In this document: piece after piece, positions 36,300 through 45,692 of the stretch
How the letters are laid out: every line of letters starts with the position of its first letter
How positions within the stretch are numbered: position 1 is the first letter of the stretch
Source of the DNA: an uncultured cyanobacterium
Lineage (GTDB): Bacteria > Cyanobacteriota > Cyanobacteriia > Cyanobacteriales > CAWCAG01
Reading direction: 5' to 3'
Assembly: GCA_963793425.1 (NCBI GenBank)
Contig: CAWCAG010000007.1
Location: forward strand, 576,001-640,000
DNA: 64,000 bases
Program-made: the position numbers and the translations under genes
The notes under the pieces: generated by a model
What the model was told of the DNA's origin: nothing
What the model saw: only the letters and a program-made list of their open reading frames with translations
The model's database searches: none

Positions 36300-37850
36300 T
36301 CAATGTAAAAAATGCCTAATGCCTGTCAACACCATCACCATCCTTAACTCATTAGCTGCGGCAATAGAATCTTGATCTCGCAGGGAACCTCCCGGTTGTA
36401 CAATAGCTGTAATTCCTGCGGCGGCGGCTGTCTTTACAGAGTCATCAAAGGGGAAGAAACCATCACTAGCTAAGGTTGCCCCCTTGCTTCTCTCCCCCGC
36501 CTGTTCCAAGGCAATTTTAGCAGCACCGACACGGTTCATTTGTCCTGCCCCAATGCCTAAAGTAGTTCGATTCCGACTTACCACAATAGCATTAGATTTA
36601 ACGTATTTGCAAACCTTCCAAGCAAATAACAACTCTGCTAACTGGGCTGGGGTTGGTTGCTTTTGCGTCACCACCTGCCAATTTTGAGGATCTTCAACCA
36701 GATCGTCAGCAGTTTGTACCAAAAATCCTCCGGCGATCACCTTAATACTTTCCTTGCTACCTTTACCTAAGTCTGGCAACAACATCACCCTTAACTTCGA
36801 CTTTTTTCCTAATATTTCCTTTGCTTCGGCATCACAACTCGGTGCAACCACACATTCTAAAAAGGTTTGCTTCAAAGACCTAGCTGTCGCTGCATCAATT
36901 TCTTGGTTAAGGGCAACAATCCCCCCAAAAGCAGACATTGAATCCGCTTCAAAAGCTTTTGTATAAGCATCTGCTAAAGTTTCTCCCATAGCAACCCCAC
37001 AAGGGTTAGTATGTTTGAGGACTAGGGCTGTAGGTTCGGTTGCCGGAAACTCAGCAATAATTCTCCTGGCTGCTTCCAAATCCACCAGGTTGTTATAACT
37101 CAACTCCTTACCCTGAAGCTTTTGGGCTGCACTCCAACCCGTAGCTACATTTCCAGTTTGATACCAAGAAGCTGGTTGGTGCGGATTTTCACCATAACGC
37201 AAAGATTGGAGTTGCTTTCCTACTAAGGAATAATTTTCCGGCAAAGAAGTTCCGGACTCTTCATCCAAACCCAGAAAATAGTTAGCAATCGCGTGATCAT
37301 AAGCCGCAGTGTGGAGAAATCCTTCCTTCGCCCTAGCTTGACGAAACTCTAGGGATGTTTCTCCGTTGTACTTACTTAACTCTTCTGCATACTCCCCATA
37401 CCGCTCAGGATTGCACAATACCGTCAAATGAGCAAAATTCTTAGCTGCTGCCCTCAACATCGTAGGGCCACCAACATCTATCTTTTCAATAGCCTCAGAC
37501 ATACTAATACCCTGTTTAGCTATAGTTTCCTCAAAAGGGTAGAGGTTAACTACTACCAAATCTAAAGGACGAATCTGATTCGCTTCCATCTCCACACAAT
37601 CCCCAGGTAAGTCTCTGCGTCCCAAGATACCTCCGTGAATGCGAGGGTGAAGGGTTTTAACCCTACCCCCTAGTATTTCTGGGGAGTCTGTATAATCAGC
37701 AACTTCGGTAATAGATAATCCTGCCTCGCGCAGCACTTTTGCTGTTCCCCCACTGCCGATTAATTCAAACTCAAATTCCTCAACTAACCGTTGTGCCAAT
37801 GCTACGATGCCTGTCTTGTCAGATACACTCAGCAGTGCTAAACGTCCCAT
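36300..37850 (-). CDS. purH: bifunctional AICAR transformylase/IMP cyclohydrolase
   Basis: ALLSVSDKTG, GGRVKTLHP, LRYGENPHQ, ASDGFFPF, RHFLH. Confidence 0.98.
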   Translation of the reverse strand: MGRLALLSVSDKTGIVALAQRLVEEFEFELIGSGGTAKVLREAGLSITEVADYTDSPEILGGRVKTLHPRIHGGILGRRDLPGDCVEMEANQIRPLDLVVVNLYPFEETIAKQGISMSEAIEKIDVGGPTMLRAAAKNFAHLTVLCNPERYGEYAEELSKYNGETSLEFRQARAKEGFLHTAAYDHAIANYFLGLDEESGTSLPENYSLVGKQLQSLRYGENPHQPASWYQTGNVATGWSAAQKLQGKELSYNNLVDLEAARRIIAEFPATEPTALVLKHTNPCGVAMGETLADAYTKAFEADSMSAFGGIVALNQEIDAATARSLKQTFLECVVAPSCDAEAKEILGKKSKLRVMLLPDLGKGSKESIKVIAGGFLVQTADDLVEDPQNWQVVTQKQPTPAQLAELLFAWKVCKYVKSNAIVVSRNRTTLGIGAGQMNRVGAAKIALEQAGERSKGATLASDGFFPFDDSVKTAAAAGITAIVQPGGSLRDQDSIAAANELRMVMVLTGIRHFLH

Positions 37851-38249
37851 AGATTAGCTTTACTCCCTGTTTTTTTATACAAATCAATCTTTAGCATAAA
37901 TTCCCTCGTCCACATTTTCATGATTATGAAATGAAATCTTCTGGATCAAGAATAGACATAGGTTTACAAGCCCTACAAAAATCAATCAATGAAGTTTGCA
38001 ACATTTTTACTAAAACCTCAGTCAAAGTGTCTCTACAAATCAATTTTGTAAGGCTATATCTAGTTAAATGCCCAACATTATTGATTTTCTTCCCGAAAGT
38101 TAGGAAAACACTGTGAAAAAACAGTCTAAATCAGAAAAGTAACCTAAAATTCGCTTAACAAACTACTTCTCTAGGAGGATTACATTTTTGATTATTTTTC
38201 AATCAATGCTATGCTTGAAAGTATAAACATTTGTTATGTGAAAAACCTC

Positions 38250-38265
38250 TGTGAGAGTTTTCACA
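38250..38265. promoter_or_regulatory. CRP-type binding site
   Basis: Perfect TGTGA-gagttt-TCACA, 86 bp upstream of the small ORF at 38352. Confidence 0.7.
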
Positions 38266-38351
38266 TAAGCAATAACTGATAACATTTGGCACATAAGAGT
38301 AATTACTGGTAAAGTAGAAAAAATGTGTTTTATCCACAGGAGGAAATTTAA

Positions 38352-38522
38352 ATGCTGGAAAAATTATTCTTGGCGGCGACCATTACATTGGCACTAAACT
38401 TTTTTATTAGCTCTAACCCTACTGGTGTAGTCAAATCTTCTCCCCGAATTAATACAGTAGAAACTCCCGAACAGCCAACTCCTTATCTGCTTGTCAACAA
38501 CAACAACCGTAATCGCCCCTAA
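38352..38522 (+). CDS. unannotated 56-aa protein with N-terminal signal/TM helix
   Basis: Below the ORF-track cutoff. AGGAGG RBS, then MLEKLFLAATITLALNFFISSNPTGVVKSSPRINTVETPEQPTPYLLVNNNNRNRP*. Confidence 0.7.
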   Translation: MLEKLFLAATITLALNFFISSNPTGVVKSSPRINTVETPEQPTPYLLVNNNNRNRP

Positions 38523-38771
38523 ACTAGCTGCTACAAAGTTGATATAATTTTTTGAGCGGGAATTTGCTTGCAAGCAATCTCGATGTTTAAAACTCTTCAC
38601 CCTTGCCTAAACTTCCCCTGCTGAAAGACAATCTCCTCCACATCTGTATCTTTCACTAGCTTTTTATCATTATTAACTTAATTAGTAAAAAAGTTTTTTC
38701 TTGGCCAAATGAAACAGCTTAACTGCTCTAATTAAGCTAAAATTGCTTTTCATTAGTTTATAGAGCAGAAG

Positions 38772-40364
38772 ATGAATTTTCTTGATCGGGGTGAAAAAGC
38801 TTTTTTTACTCCTCTTCTGATGGATAAGACAGTAATTAAACAAACTATCTTGCTTATAGATCGTGGGATGGATAGTTTGCAAATTTTGTCAGCAATACTA
38901 GAATCTCGTGGTTACCAAGTTAAAAAGGTTATGCGAGGCAAGTTTGCTTTGAGGGTTGTAGAAACAGTTCAACCAGACTTGATCTTACTAGGTATCTATT
39001 TACCTGACATTAGTGGTTATGAAGTCTGTAGGCAGCTTAAAACCATGACAGCAGTTAAGGAAGTTCCTATAATTTTTATTAGCGCTTCCAATACTATCAA
39101 AGACAAAGTTAAAGCCTTCACTTTAGGGGGGGTAGACTATATAACACAACCTTTTTATCGAGAAGAAATTATTGTTCGTGTCGAAAACCAAATATATTTA
39201 CGTTTTCTCCAAAATCAATTACAAAAAGTCGCGCAGAAATTCCAAGAAAAAAGTAGCAATCTTCGCAAAGAACTTCGGGAACGTCGCCACTCAGAGATGG
39301 AAGTGCGCTTGTTACTAGCAGTCACGCAAACCTTGGAAAGAGTTCCAGACTTAAATGCTGCTTTTGAGGTGGTTTTACGCTTAATTTGCCAAAGTATTCG
39401 TTGGGATTTAGCAGAAGCATGGCTACCGAATAAGGAATTAACAATTCTTGAATGCAATTGTATTTGGCATATGCCAGATCAGCAATTAGAAACCTTTAAA
39501 CAAAAAAGTGAAAATCTCACTCTCCTCACAAATGCTGGACTACCGGGAGAAGTTTTTACTTCGCAACAATCAGAATGGATTGAAGATATAGTCAAAGAAA
39601 AATCTTGTTTATGGCGTGACTCTCAAGCTATTGCAGCCGCAGAATTCAAAACCGCTTTGGGACTTCCTGTAATTGCAGAAGGAGAAGTTATCGTTGTACT
39701 CGTTTTCTTCACCAGAAATCAAACTTCATTCAACCAACGCACCCTCGATTTAATTGAAGCTATCAGCACTCAAATTGGTTCGTTAATCCAACGCCGTAAA
39801 ACAGAAAATGCTTTAATAGAAGCGAATCAAAAACTAGAACGCCTTGTCAATATAGATGGCTTAACCGGAGTTGCCAACCGTAGGTGTTTTGACGAGTACT
39901 TATTTCAGCAATGGCAGCAACCAGCATCAAATAAATCTCCTGTATCTTTAATTCTTTGCGATGTAGATTTCTTCAAACTTTATAATGATACCTACGGGCA
40001 TCAAACCGGAGATGATTGCCTGCAAAAAATCGCTCAGATGATTAATCAAGTTGTTACCCAACCAGCTAATTTGGTAGCACGTTATGGCGGCGAAGAGTTT
40101 GTGGTTATCTTACCTAACACCAATATTGAAGAAGCAGTTCAAATAGCTGAAAGCATTCGCCAAGAAGTAAAATCTCTAGAAATTCCTCATAACCGCTCTC
40201 CCATTAGCAGAGTTGTTACCCTGAGTATAGGAGTAGCTAGTACCATTCCCCAAGCAGAAAACCATCCTCACCATCTTGTCGAAAACAGCGATCGCGCCCT
40301 CTATGCAGCTAAAGCAGGAGGAAGAAATTGTGTTTTAGCAGCAAGACAATTACTCTATCCATAG
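38772..40364 (+). CDS. REC-GAF-GGDEF diguanylate cyclase
   Basis: Degenerate REC (LLGIYLP), GAF, DGLTGVANRR, ARYGGEEF. Confidence 0.93.
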   Translation: MNFLDRGEKAFFTPLLMDKTVIKQTILLIDRGMDSLQILSAILESRGYQVKKVMRGKFALRVVETVQPDLILLGIYLPDISGYEVCRQLKTMTAVKEVPIIFISASNTIKDKVKAFTLGGVDYITQPFYREEIIVRVENQIYLRFLQNQLQKVAQKFQEKSSNLRKELRERRHSEMEVRLLLAVTQTLERVPDLNAAFEVVLRLICQSIRWDLAEAWLPNKELTILECNCIWHMPDQQLETFKQKSENLTLLTNAGLPGEVFTSQQSEWIEDIVKEKSCLWRDSQAIAAAEFKTALGLPVIAEGEVIVVLVFFTRNQTSFNQRTLDLIEAISTQIGSLIQRRKTENALIEANQKLERLVNIDGLTGVANRRCFDEYLFQQWQQPASNKSPVSLILCDVDFFKLYNDTYGHQTGDDCLQKIAQMINQVVTQPANLVARYGGEEFVVILPNTNIEEAVQIAESIRQEVKSLEIPHNRSPISRVVTLSIGVASTIPQAENHPHHLVENSDRALYAAKAGGRNCVLAARQLLYP

Positions 40365-40371
40365 TCAATGA

Positions 40372-43300
40372 TTACTGCCATTCTCTAATATCCACTGCAA
40401 AAGCTAAAACTGTCTCATCAATTCCTTTGAGGGTAAGGGGACGACATTTAGTAATTTCATCATCTTGCAAATAATCGGCCACTGTTGCAGAAACAATAAT
40501 TTTGTTGGGTTCTGCTGCTTCTTGCAACCTGGCTGCAATATTAACGGCAGGGCCAATAGCCGTATAATCGGCCCTTTGTCCCCCGCCAAACATTCCCACC
40601 ACAGCAGTCCCTTGATGAATGCCACAACGGAACTTCACCAAAGGTAAAGCGTGTTTGCTAAGGAAACCCTGTTCTTCCCATTTCTGATTCAATCCTTTCA
40701 GGGAATGGTGCATTTGCCGAGAAGCTGCGATCGCCCTTCTCACTTGTTCATTGGGGGTAAGTTCTTCAGGGGCTCCAAATAGGGCTACAATGGCATCGCC
40801 AATAAATTTATCCACGGTTCCACCGTTGGCAAATACAGCTTCTGTCATTGCCTCAAGATACTCGTTGAGTAATTGGGCAACCCTGCGCGATCGCAAGGTA
40901 TTGGATAGCTCGGTAAAGCCGACTATATCACTAAACAAAATCGTCACCAAACGGGGTTCAGGGCGTAAATCCAGGGCTAATTCTCCCCTCGCTGCCTTTT
41001 TTACCATCCCAGGAGGTAAGAAGCGTTTTAAAACTGATTCAGTCAGATAGCTATTAAGTTGCTTAACCTTTGCTTCATTAGCTTTCAGTGCTAACAAGTT
41101 GCGTACCTCCGCCAATAATTCGCGAGCATTAAAAGGCTTTGACAAATAGGCATCTGCCCCTCTTTCTGTTCCTTCAATGCGACTTGCTTCATCAGCTTTG
41201 GCCGTCAAAAGAATAATTGGCGTACCTTGTAATTCCTCATGATCGCGAATTCTACGCATCATTTCTGTACCAGAAAGTATTGGCATCATCAAATCCGTAA
41301 TAATCAGGTGAGGATGGCTTGCTAAAACAAGAGCAAATCCTGCTTCGCCATTATGGGCGCTACGAACTCGATAACCTGCTTCCCGTAAAATCTGCCCTAC
41401 ATAACTCCTTAAGTCGGCATTGTCGTCTACTACCATAATCAAGGACTGGGAAGTATCTTCTAACTTATCTTCATAATGTTCTACTTCCAGAATCTTTCCT
41501 TCTAAATCTGCTAATTCTACTGTCCCGCGACTTAGTTGTAATTCTTCAGGTACTTCTGAGACTTGTTTTTCTGGTAAATGAGCAGTCCCTGTTTGTAACC
41601 AAACTGTGAAGGTTGTACCTTGATTAAGCACAGACTCTACCTTAACTTGTCCTTTGTGCAACTCCACCAACTCTTTAACCAAAGCTAAACCTAAACCACT
41701 CCCTTCATGGGAACGATCTACCGAACCCTCTACTTGATGGAAACGATCAAAAAGGTTAGAGAGATGAGAAGAGGCAATACCAATACCGGTATCTTTTACC
41801 TTAAACTGAACAAAATTTCCTACCGGAGCGAGGCTTACTTGGATATTTCCTCCCGGTTTAGTAAATTTCATAGCATTAGAGAGGAGATTATAAATTACCT
41901 TATCAAACTTCTCTAAATCTACATAAACTTGCGGACAATGTTGCAATTCGGTTTTAATGATTAGTCCTTTTTTATAGCAGTGGGGGCGAAAGGTTTCGAC
42001 AATTTGCTCGATCACTTCCACTAAGTTACAAGGATGAAACTTAGGTTGCATTCTTCCTGCGTCTAAACGTTGGAGATCCAGCATTTGGTTAACTAACCTT
42101 AATAAACGCCGGGAGTTGCGGAGAGCAATTTTGGCTTGTTCGGCGGAAATCCCCTTGCCTTGACTAACAGCAGTTTCCAAAGGACCAATAGTTAAGGTCA
42201 AAGGAGTACGAAACTCATGGGAAACATTTTGGAAAAATTCTGTTTTTTGTCGATTTAACTCTAAAAGACTTTCTGCTTGCTGTCTAGTTTGTTGATAAAG
42301 ACGAGAATGTTTCACTGCGATCGCCGCTTGGGAGGCTACAGCTTCAGCTAATTCAACTTCTGCCTTTGTCCAGTTGCGGGGCTGATTTTCTTGACGTAGG
42401 GAGATGCTACCAATAATCTTTTCATCGACAATCAAAGGGACTAATAATAAGGCACGGGCAGGAGAGCGAAAGGGTAAATTAGGACTCACCTCAGAGGGTT
42501 TAGTCTTTAAATCCTCAGAAACTACAGGCTTTTTTGTTTGTAGTAGCTCTTGTAAGAGAGGATTTCCGGTGATAGGGACAAAGGATTGGGGTATAAGTTG
42601 AGCAAAGCTTGGTGTTGCAGAGTGATTAGTATCGTCTTCTTCTGCATATTCTCCAAAAGCCCTAGCTTCCCTGCCGTCATATAAACCAACGCACTGCACA
42701 AAATCGTCATCTTCTTCCCATAAAGACAAAGCACAACCATCTACTTTTAGAGCCTGTCCCAACTCCTTAGTAATAGCCATAAAAATTTCTTGGGGTTCCA
42801 AAGAAGAGCGAATGACGGTGGTAATATTATTAATTAAAGCTTCCCTTTGAGCCAAAGCCCTAACCTGTTCATAAGCACGGGCTTGGGAAATTGCCAACGC
42901 CGCTTGGTCTGCCACCATCTCTGTCAATTTAATTTCCTCTTCTTCCCAGGCATGGGGAGTATGGTGCTGATGTAAAGCCAGTATCGCCATCAGTTCTCCT
43001 TGAAAGATAAAAGGGACAATTAAAGTAGAACGAATATCAGCTTTTGCAAGGGCTATTCCCCTGAGTTGATGGACTTTCAACCTCGGATCTTTCTCTACAT
43101 CGTTGATAATTTCAATTTGCTCAGTTTCCCAAACTAATTCCAAAGGACAAAGTACCTGAGATAATTCCTGGTTATCTTTTTGGTAAATAAAGCATTCTCC
43201 ATCCCGTAACAAATGTTCGTCAGCTAGGGGACGTAAAATACCAACGTCCACTCCCAGCATTTTTCCGAGGGTGTTAACAATAGTTTGTAGGACTTCTTTT

Positions 43301-43803
43301 AAAGGAGAATGACCAGGAAAACTATATTCTGCATTCCTAATGGTACTAATTATGGAGTTAAGCAAAGATTCCCGACGCAGCATTCGACGCAAACCTTCTG
43401 TCCGAACTTTAAGAACATTGTGGGTATCTAGTGCCTGTTTAACTACGATCTTAAGCTCTTCTTCCTGCCAAGGTTTGGTAACGTACTTAAACACTTTACC
43501 TGTATTAATCGCTTCTACTAAATCGCCAACATCGGTATAACCAGTTAAAATAATCCTAATCACATCAGGATACTGAATTGCGGAAAGACTAAGCAACTCT
43601 GTCCCGCTCATTTTTGGCATCCGTTGATCGGAAATAATTACTGCTATGTTTTCTTCCCTAGCCAGAATTTCTAACGCCATAGGGCCATCTGAGGCAGTCA
43701 ATACCTGATAGTCTCGATAAAAAGTACGATATAAAAGATCGAGATTATGCTGCTCGTCATCAACTACCAGAATTTTCGGTTTATTTCTGTCTGGAGAGAT
43801 CAT
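40372..43803 (-). CDS. cyaC: hybrid sensor adenylate cyclase (REC-GAF-GAF-HK-REC-AC)
   Basis: SHEFRTP, NLLSNAMKFT, FSDIVGFT, DKFIGDA, YTAIGPAVNIAARLQ; CyaC architecture. Confidence 0.92.
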   Translation of the reverse strand: MISPDRNKPKILVVDDEQHNLDLLYRTFYRDYQVLTASDGPMALEILAREENIAVIISDQRMPKMSGTELLSLSAIQYPDVIRIILTGYTDVGDLVEAINTGKVFKYVTKPWQEEELKIVVKQALDTHNVLKVRTEGLRRMLRRESLLNSIISTIRNAEYSFPGHSPLKEVLQTIVNTLGKMLGVDVGILRPLADEHLLRDGECFIYQKDNQELSQVLCPLELVWETEQIEIINDVEKDPRLKVHQLRGIALAKADIRSTLIVPFIFQGELMAILALHQHHTPHAWEEEEIKLTEMVADQAALAISQARAYEQVRALAQREALINNITTVIRSSLEPQEIFMAITKELGQALKVDGCALSLWEEDDDFVQCVGLYDGREARAFGEYAEEDDTNHSATPSFAQLIPQSFVPITGNPLLQELLQTKKPVVSEDLKTKPSEVSPNLPFRSPARALLLVPLIVDEKIIGSISLRQENQPRNWTKAEVELAEAVASQAAIAVKHSRLYQQTRQQAESLLELNRQKTEFFQNVSHEFRTPLTLTIGPLETAVSQGKGISAEQAKIALRNSRRLLRLVNQMLDLQRLDAGRMQPKFHPCNLVEVIEQIVETFRPHCYKKGLIIKTELQHCPQVYVDLEKFDKVIYNLLSNAMKFTKPGGNIQVSLAPVGNFVQFKVKDTGIGIASSHLSNLFDRFHQVEGSVDRSHEGSGLGLALVKELVELHKGQVKVESVLNQGTTFTVWLQTGTAHLPEKQVSEVPEELQLSRGTVELADLEGKILEVEHYEDKLEDTSQSLIMVVDDNADLRSYVGQILREAGYRVRSAHNGEAGFALVLASHPHLIITDLMMPILSGTEMMRRIRDHEELQGTPIILLTAKADEASRIEGTERGADAYLSKPFNARELLAEVRNLLALKANEAKVKQLNSYLTESVLKRFLPPGMVKKAARGELALDLRPEPRLVTILFSDIVGFTELSNTLRSRRVAQLLNEYLEAMTEAVFANGGTVDKFIGDAIVALFGAPEELTPNEQVRRAIAASRQMHHSLKGLNQKWEEQGFLSKHALPLVKFRCGIHQGTAVVGMFGGGQRADYTAIGPAVNIAARLQEAAEPNKIIVSATVADYLQDDEITKCRPLTLKGIDETVLAFAVDIREWQ

Positions 43804-44395
43804 GCCCCGTCTCCTGCTAAATTGAGCTAGTAATTCCAGAAAGCGGGTTTGCCCCTTCAGCGATACTTGAGTTGATATTTATGAAGGTCATAGCTATCGC
43901 TCTTTTTGAGTACAAATACTTAAACTTAAACTGGTTAAAGTATTTGTAAAGTAGATGTCTACTGCCATTAGACAAACTTGATGTCATACCCCGATCAAAG
44001 CAAATGGCACTAACTCCGGCACAAAACAATCCGGATTGAATTAACCCGGTGAATTTTTTTAACTGTTGAGGTTGGAAATCAACTAAATTCAACCTTTATC
44101 AAGAAATATTACTCTATCTAGCAGTGCCACGTTAGTTTCAGATGCCTCAATCTAGACTAGCTTATGGTTGCTTGTAAAGGGAACAGCAATACCTCGTAGC
44201 ATATCCTGTATAAGCACGTAAAGCTTTTATGTTATTTATTCTAAGATAGTTAAGTTAATTGTCCTCCCTAACTTCAGACCTGATAAACTTAATATAGAAA
44301 TGAAATATTTAAACAACCAGCTTGCTCATTAATTATTTTCTTATTTCACCATTAATATAAAGCCATTTTCTGCCCAGAAAATCCTCTCTGGGTTC

Positions 44396-45049
44396 TTGTT
44401 ACTTCCTCACTTCTTTCTATACCAGAACTTAGTTGTGAACTCTTGCTTTTCTCCTCTAACAACATCTTTGCAAACTTCTGTTGCTTCAGTAGCTAATTAC
44501 TCTCAGTTGTGCATTCGTACCGCTCATCCTAGTGATCTGAGCAATTTGGCTACAGTTCTTGCAGAAAGCTTTCATCCTCCTGAAGGATGGATGAGTTTGA
44601 TTTACCCGGTTTTGAAATTAGGAATTTACGAAGATTTGCGCTCTCGCCTCCATTCTGGCTCAGACAATTATCTTTGCTTCGTGGCGACCGTTCCTCCTTC
44701 CGGCTTGAATAAGAATAATGAAGTTGCGATCGCTACAGTAGAAATGGCTATGCGTTCTCACTGTTTTCCTTTAGAAGAGCCACGCTATCCTTACATTTCT
44801 AATCTAGCAGTTAGAAAAGCTCATCGTAGAAAAGGTATTGCTTATAAACTTTTGGCGAGTTGTGAACAAAAAGCTCTTGAGTGGGGCTTTTCTGAGTTAT
44901 ATCTGCACGTTTTAGAGAACAACGAACAGGCTAAGCAGCTTTATTTTAATTGCGGTTATCAAGTCTGTAGGGTGGAGCCTAGTTGTAGTGCTTGGTTGTT
45001 CAAAAGTCCTCGTCGCTTGTTCCTCCGTAAATACTTAGTCAATGGTTGA
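44396..45049 (+). CDS. GNAT family N-acetyltransferase
   Basis: YISNLAV…RRKGIA, LHVLENN..A..LY; start uncertain. Confidence 0.9.
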   Translation: MLLPHFFLYQNLVVNSCFSPLTTSLQTSVASVANYSQLCIRTAHPSDLSNLATVLAESFHPPEGWMSLIYPVLKLGIYEDLRSRLHSGSDNYLCFVATVPPSGLNKNNEVAIATVEMAMRSHCFPLEEPRYPYISNLAVRKAHRRKGIAYKLLASCEQKALEWGFSELYLHVLENNEQAKQLYFNCGYQVCRVEPSCSAWLFKSPRRLFLRKYLVNG

Positions 45050-45177
45050 GTTACCCTGGAAAAATATTTTAATTAAACAGGTTCAAATTGATTATGCTGA
45101 TTTCGTACCGATCTAAACAAACAACTTAAGAATAGTACTTCAGATCCTTGCTCCTAACTTGCCCTTTGTGATTCACC

Positions 45178-45648
45178 ATGAGCGATTCCCAAGAGAATAC
45201 ATCCCAAGCCGAAGAAATATGCGAACAGCTACGCAACAAAAAGTTACTTGTGGTTAATCCTCGCCGCAAGAATGGCTTAATCATTTATAAAAAATACCAT
45301 GCGGAGTTTGCTGGACCTGGTGCAGTAGCAGGTAGTTCATTTGATTTAGATGTCAAATTGGTTATACCAGTAGGCAATCTCTCTTTAATAACTCCTAAAA
45401 ACTCCCAAGAAAGACAAAGAGCCTATTTAATTCGCCGCCAATGGGTAAGATTAACCAAACAAATTACTGATTCCCCTGAACCCAAACAAAGGGCTAAGAT
45501 GGTGATCAATCAATTTGAACATTATTTTGGTTCAGAGATTATTTGTACAATTCCCGACGAAGCTTTTGCGCGATTAGTAGGTGTTTTACCTCAAACCGTG
45601 GCCCAGATGCGTGATGATGAGGAAAGGAAGGGTTTGGTTTTGAGTTAG
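45178..45648 (+). CDS. conserved cyanobacterial protein, degenerate CRP-like fold
   Basis: AEFAGPGA, AYLIRRQW, IPDEAFARLVGVLPQT HTH-like end. Confidence 0.7.
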   Translation: MSDSQENTSQAEEICEQLRNKKLLVVNPRRKNGLIIYKKYHAEFAGPGAVAGSSFDLDVKLVIPVGNLSLITPKNSQERQRAYLIRRQWVRLTKQITDSPEPKQRAKMVINQFEHYFGSEIICTIPDEAFARLVGVLPQTVAQMRDDEERKGLVLS

Positions 45649-45692
45649 GGATACAAAAAAGTTATGCTATTTAAACAGGGTTTGGTATCATC

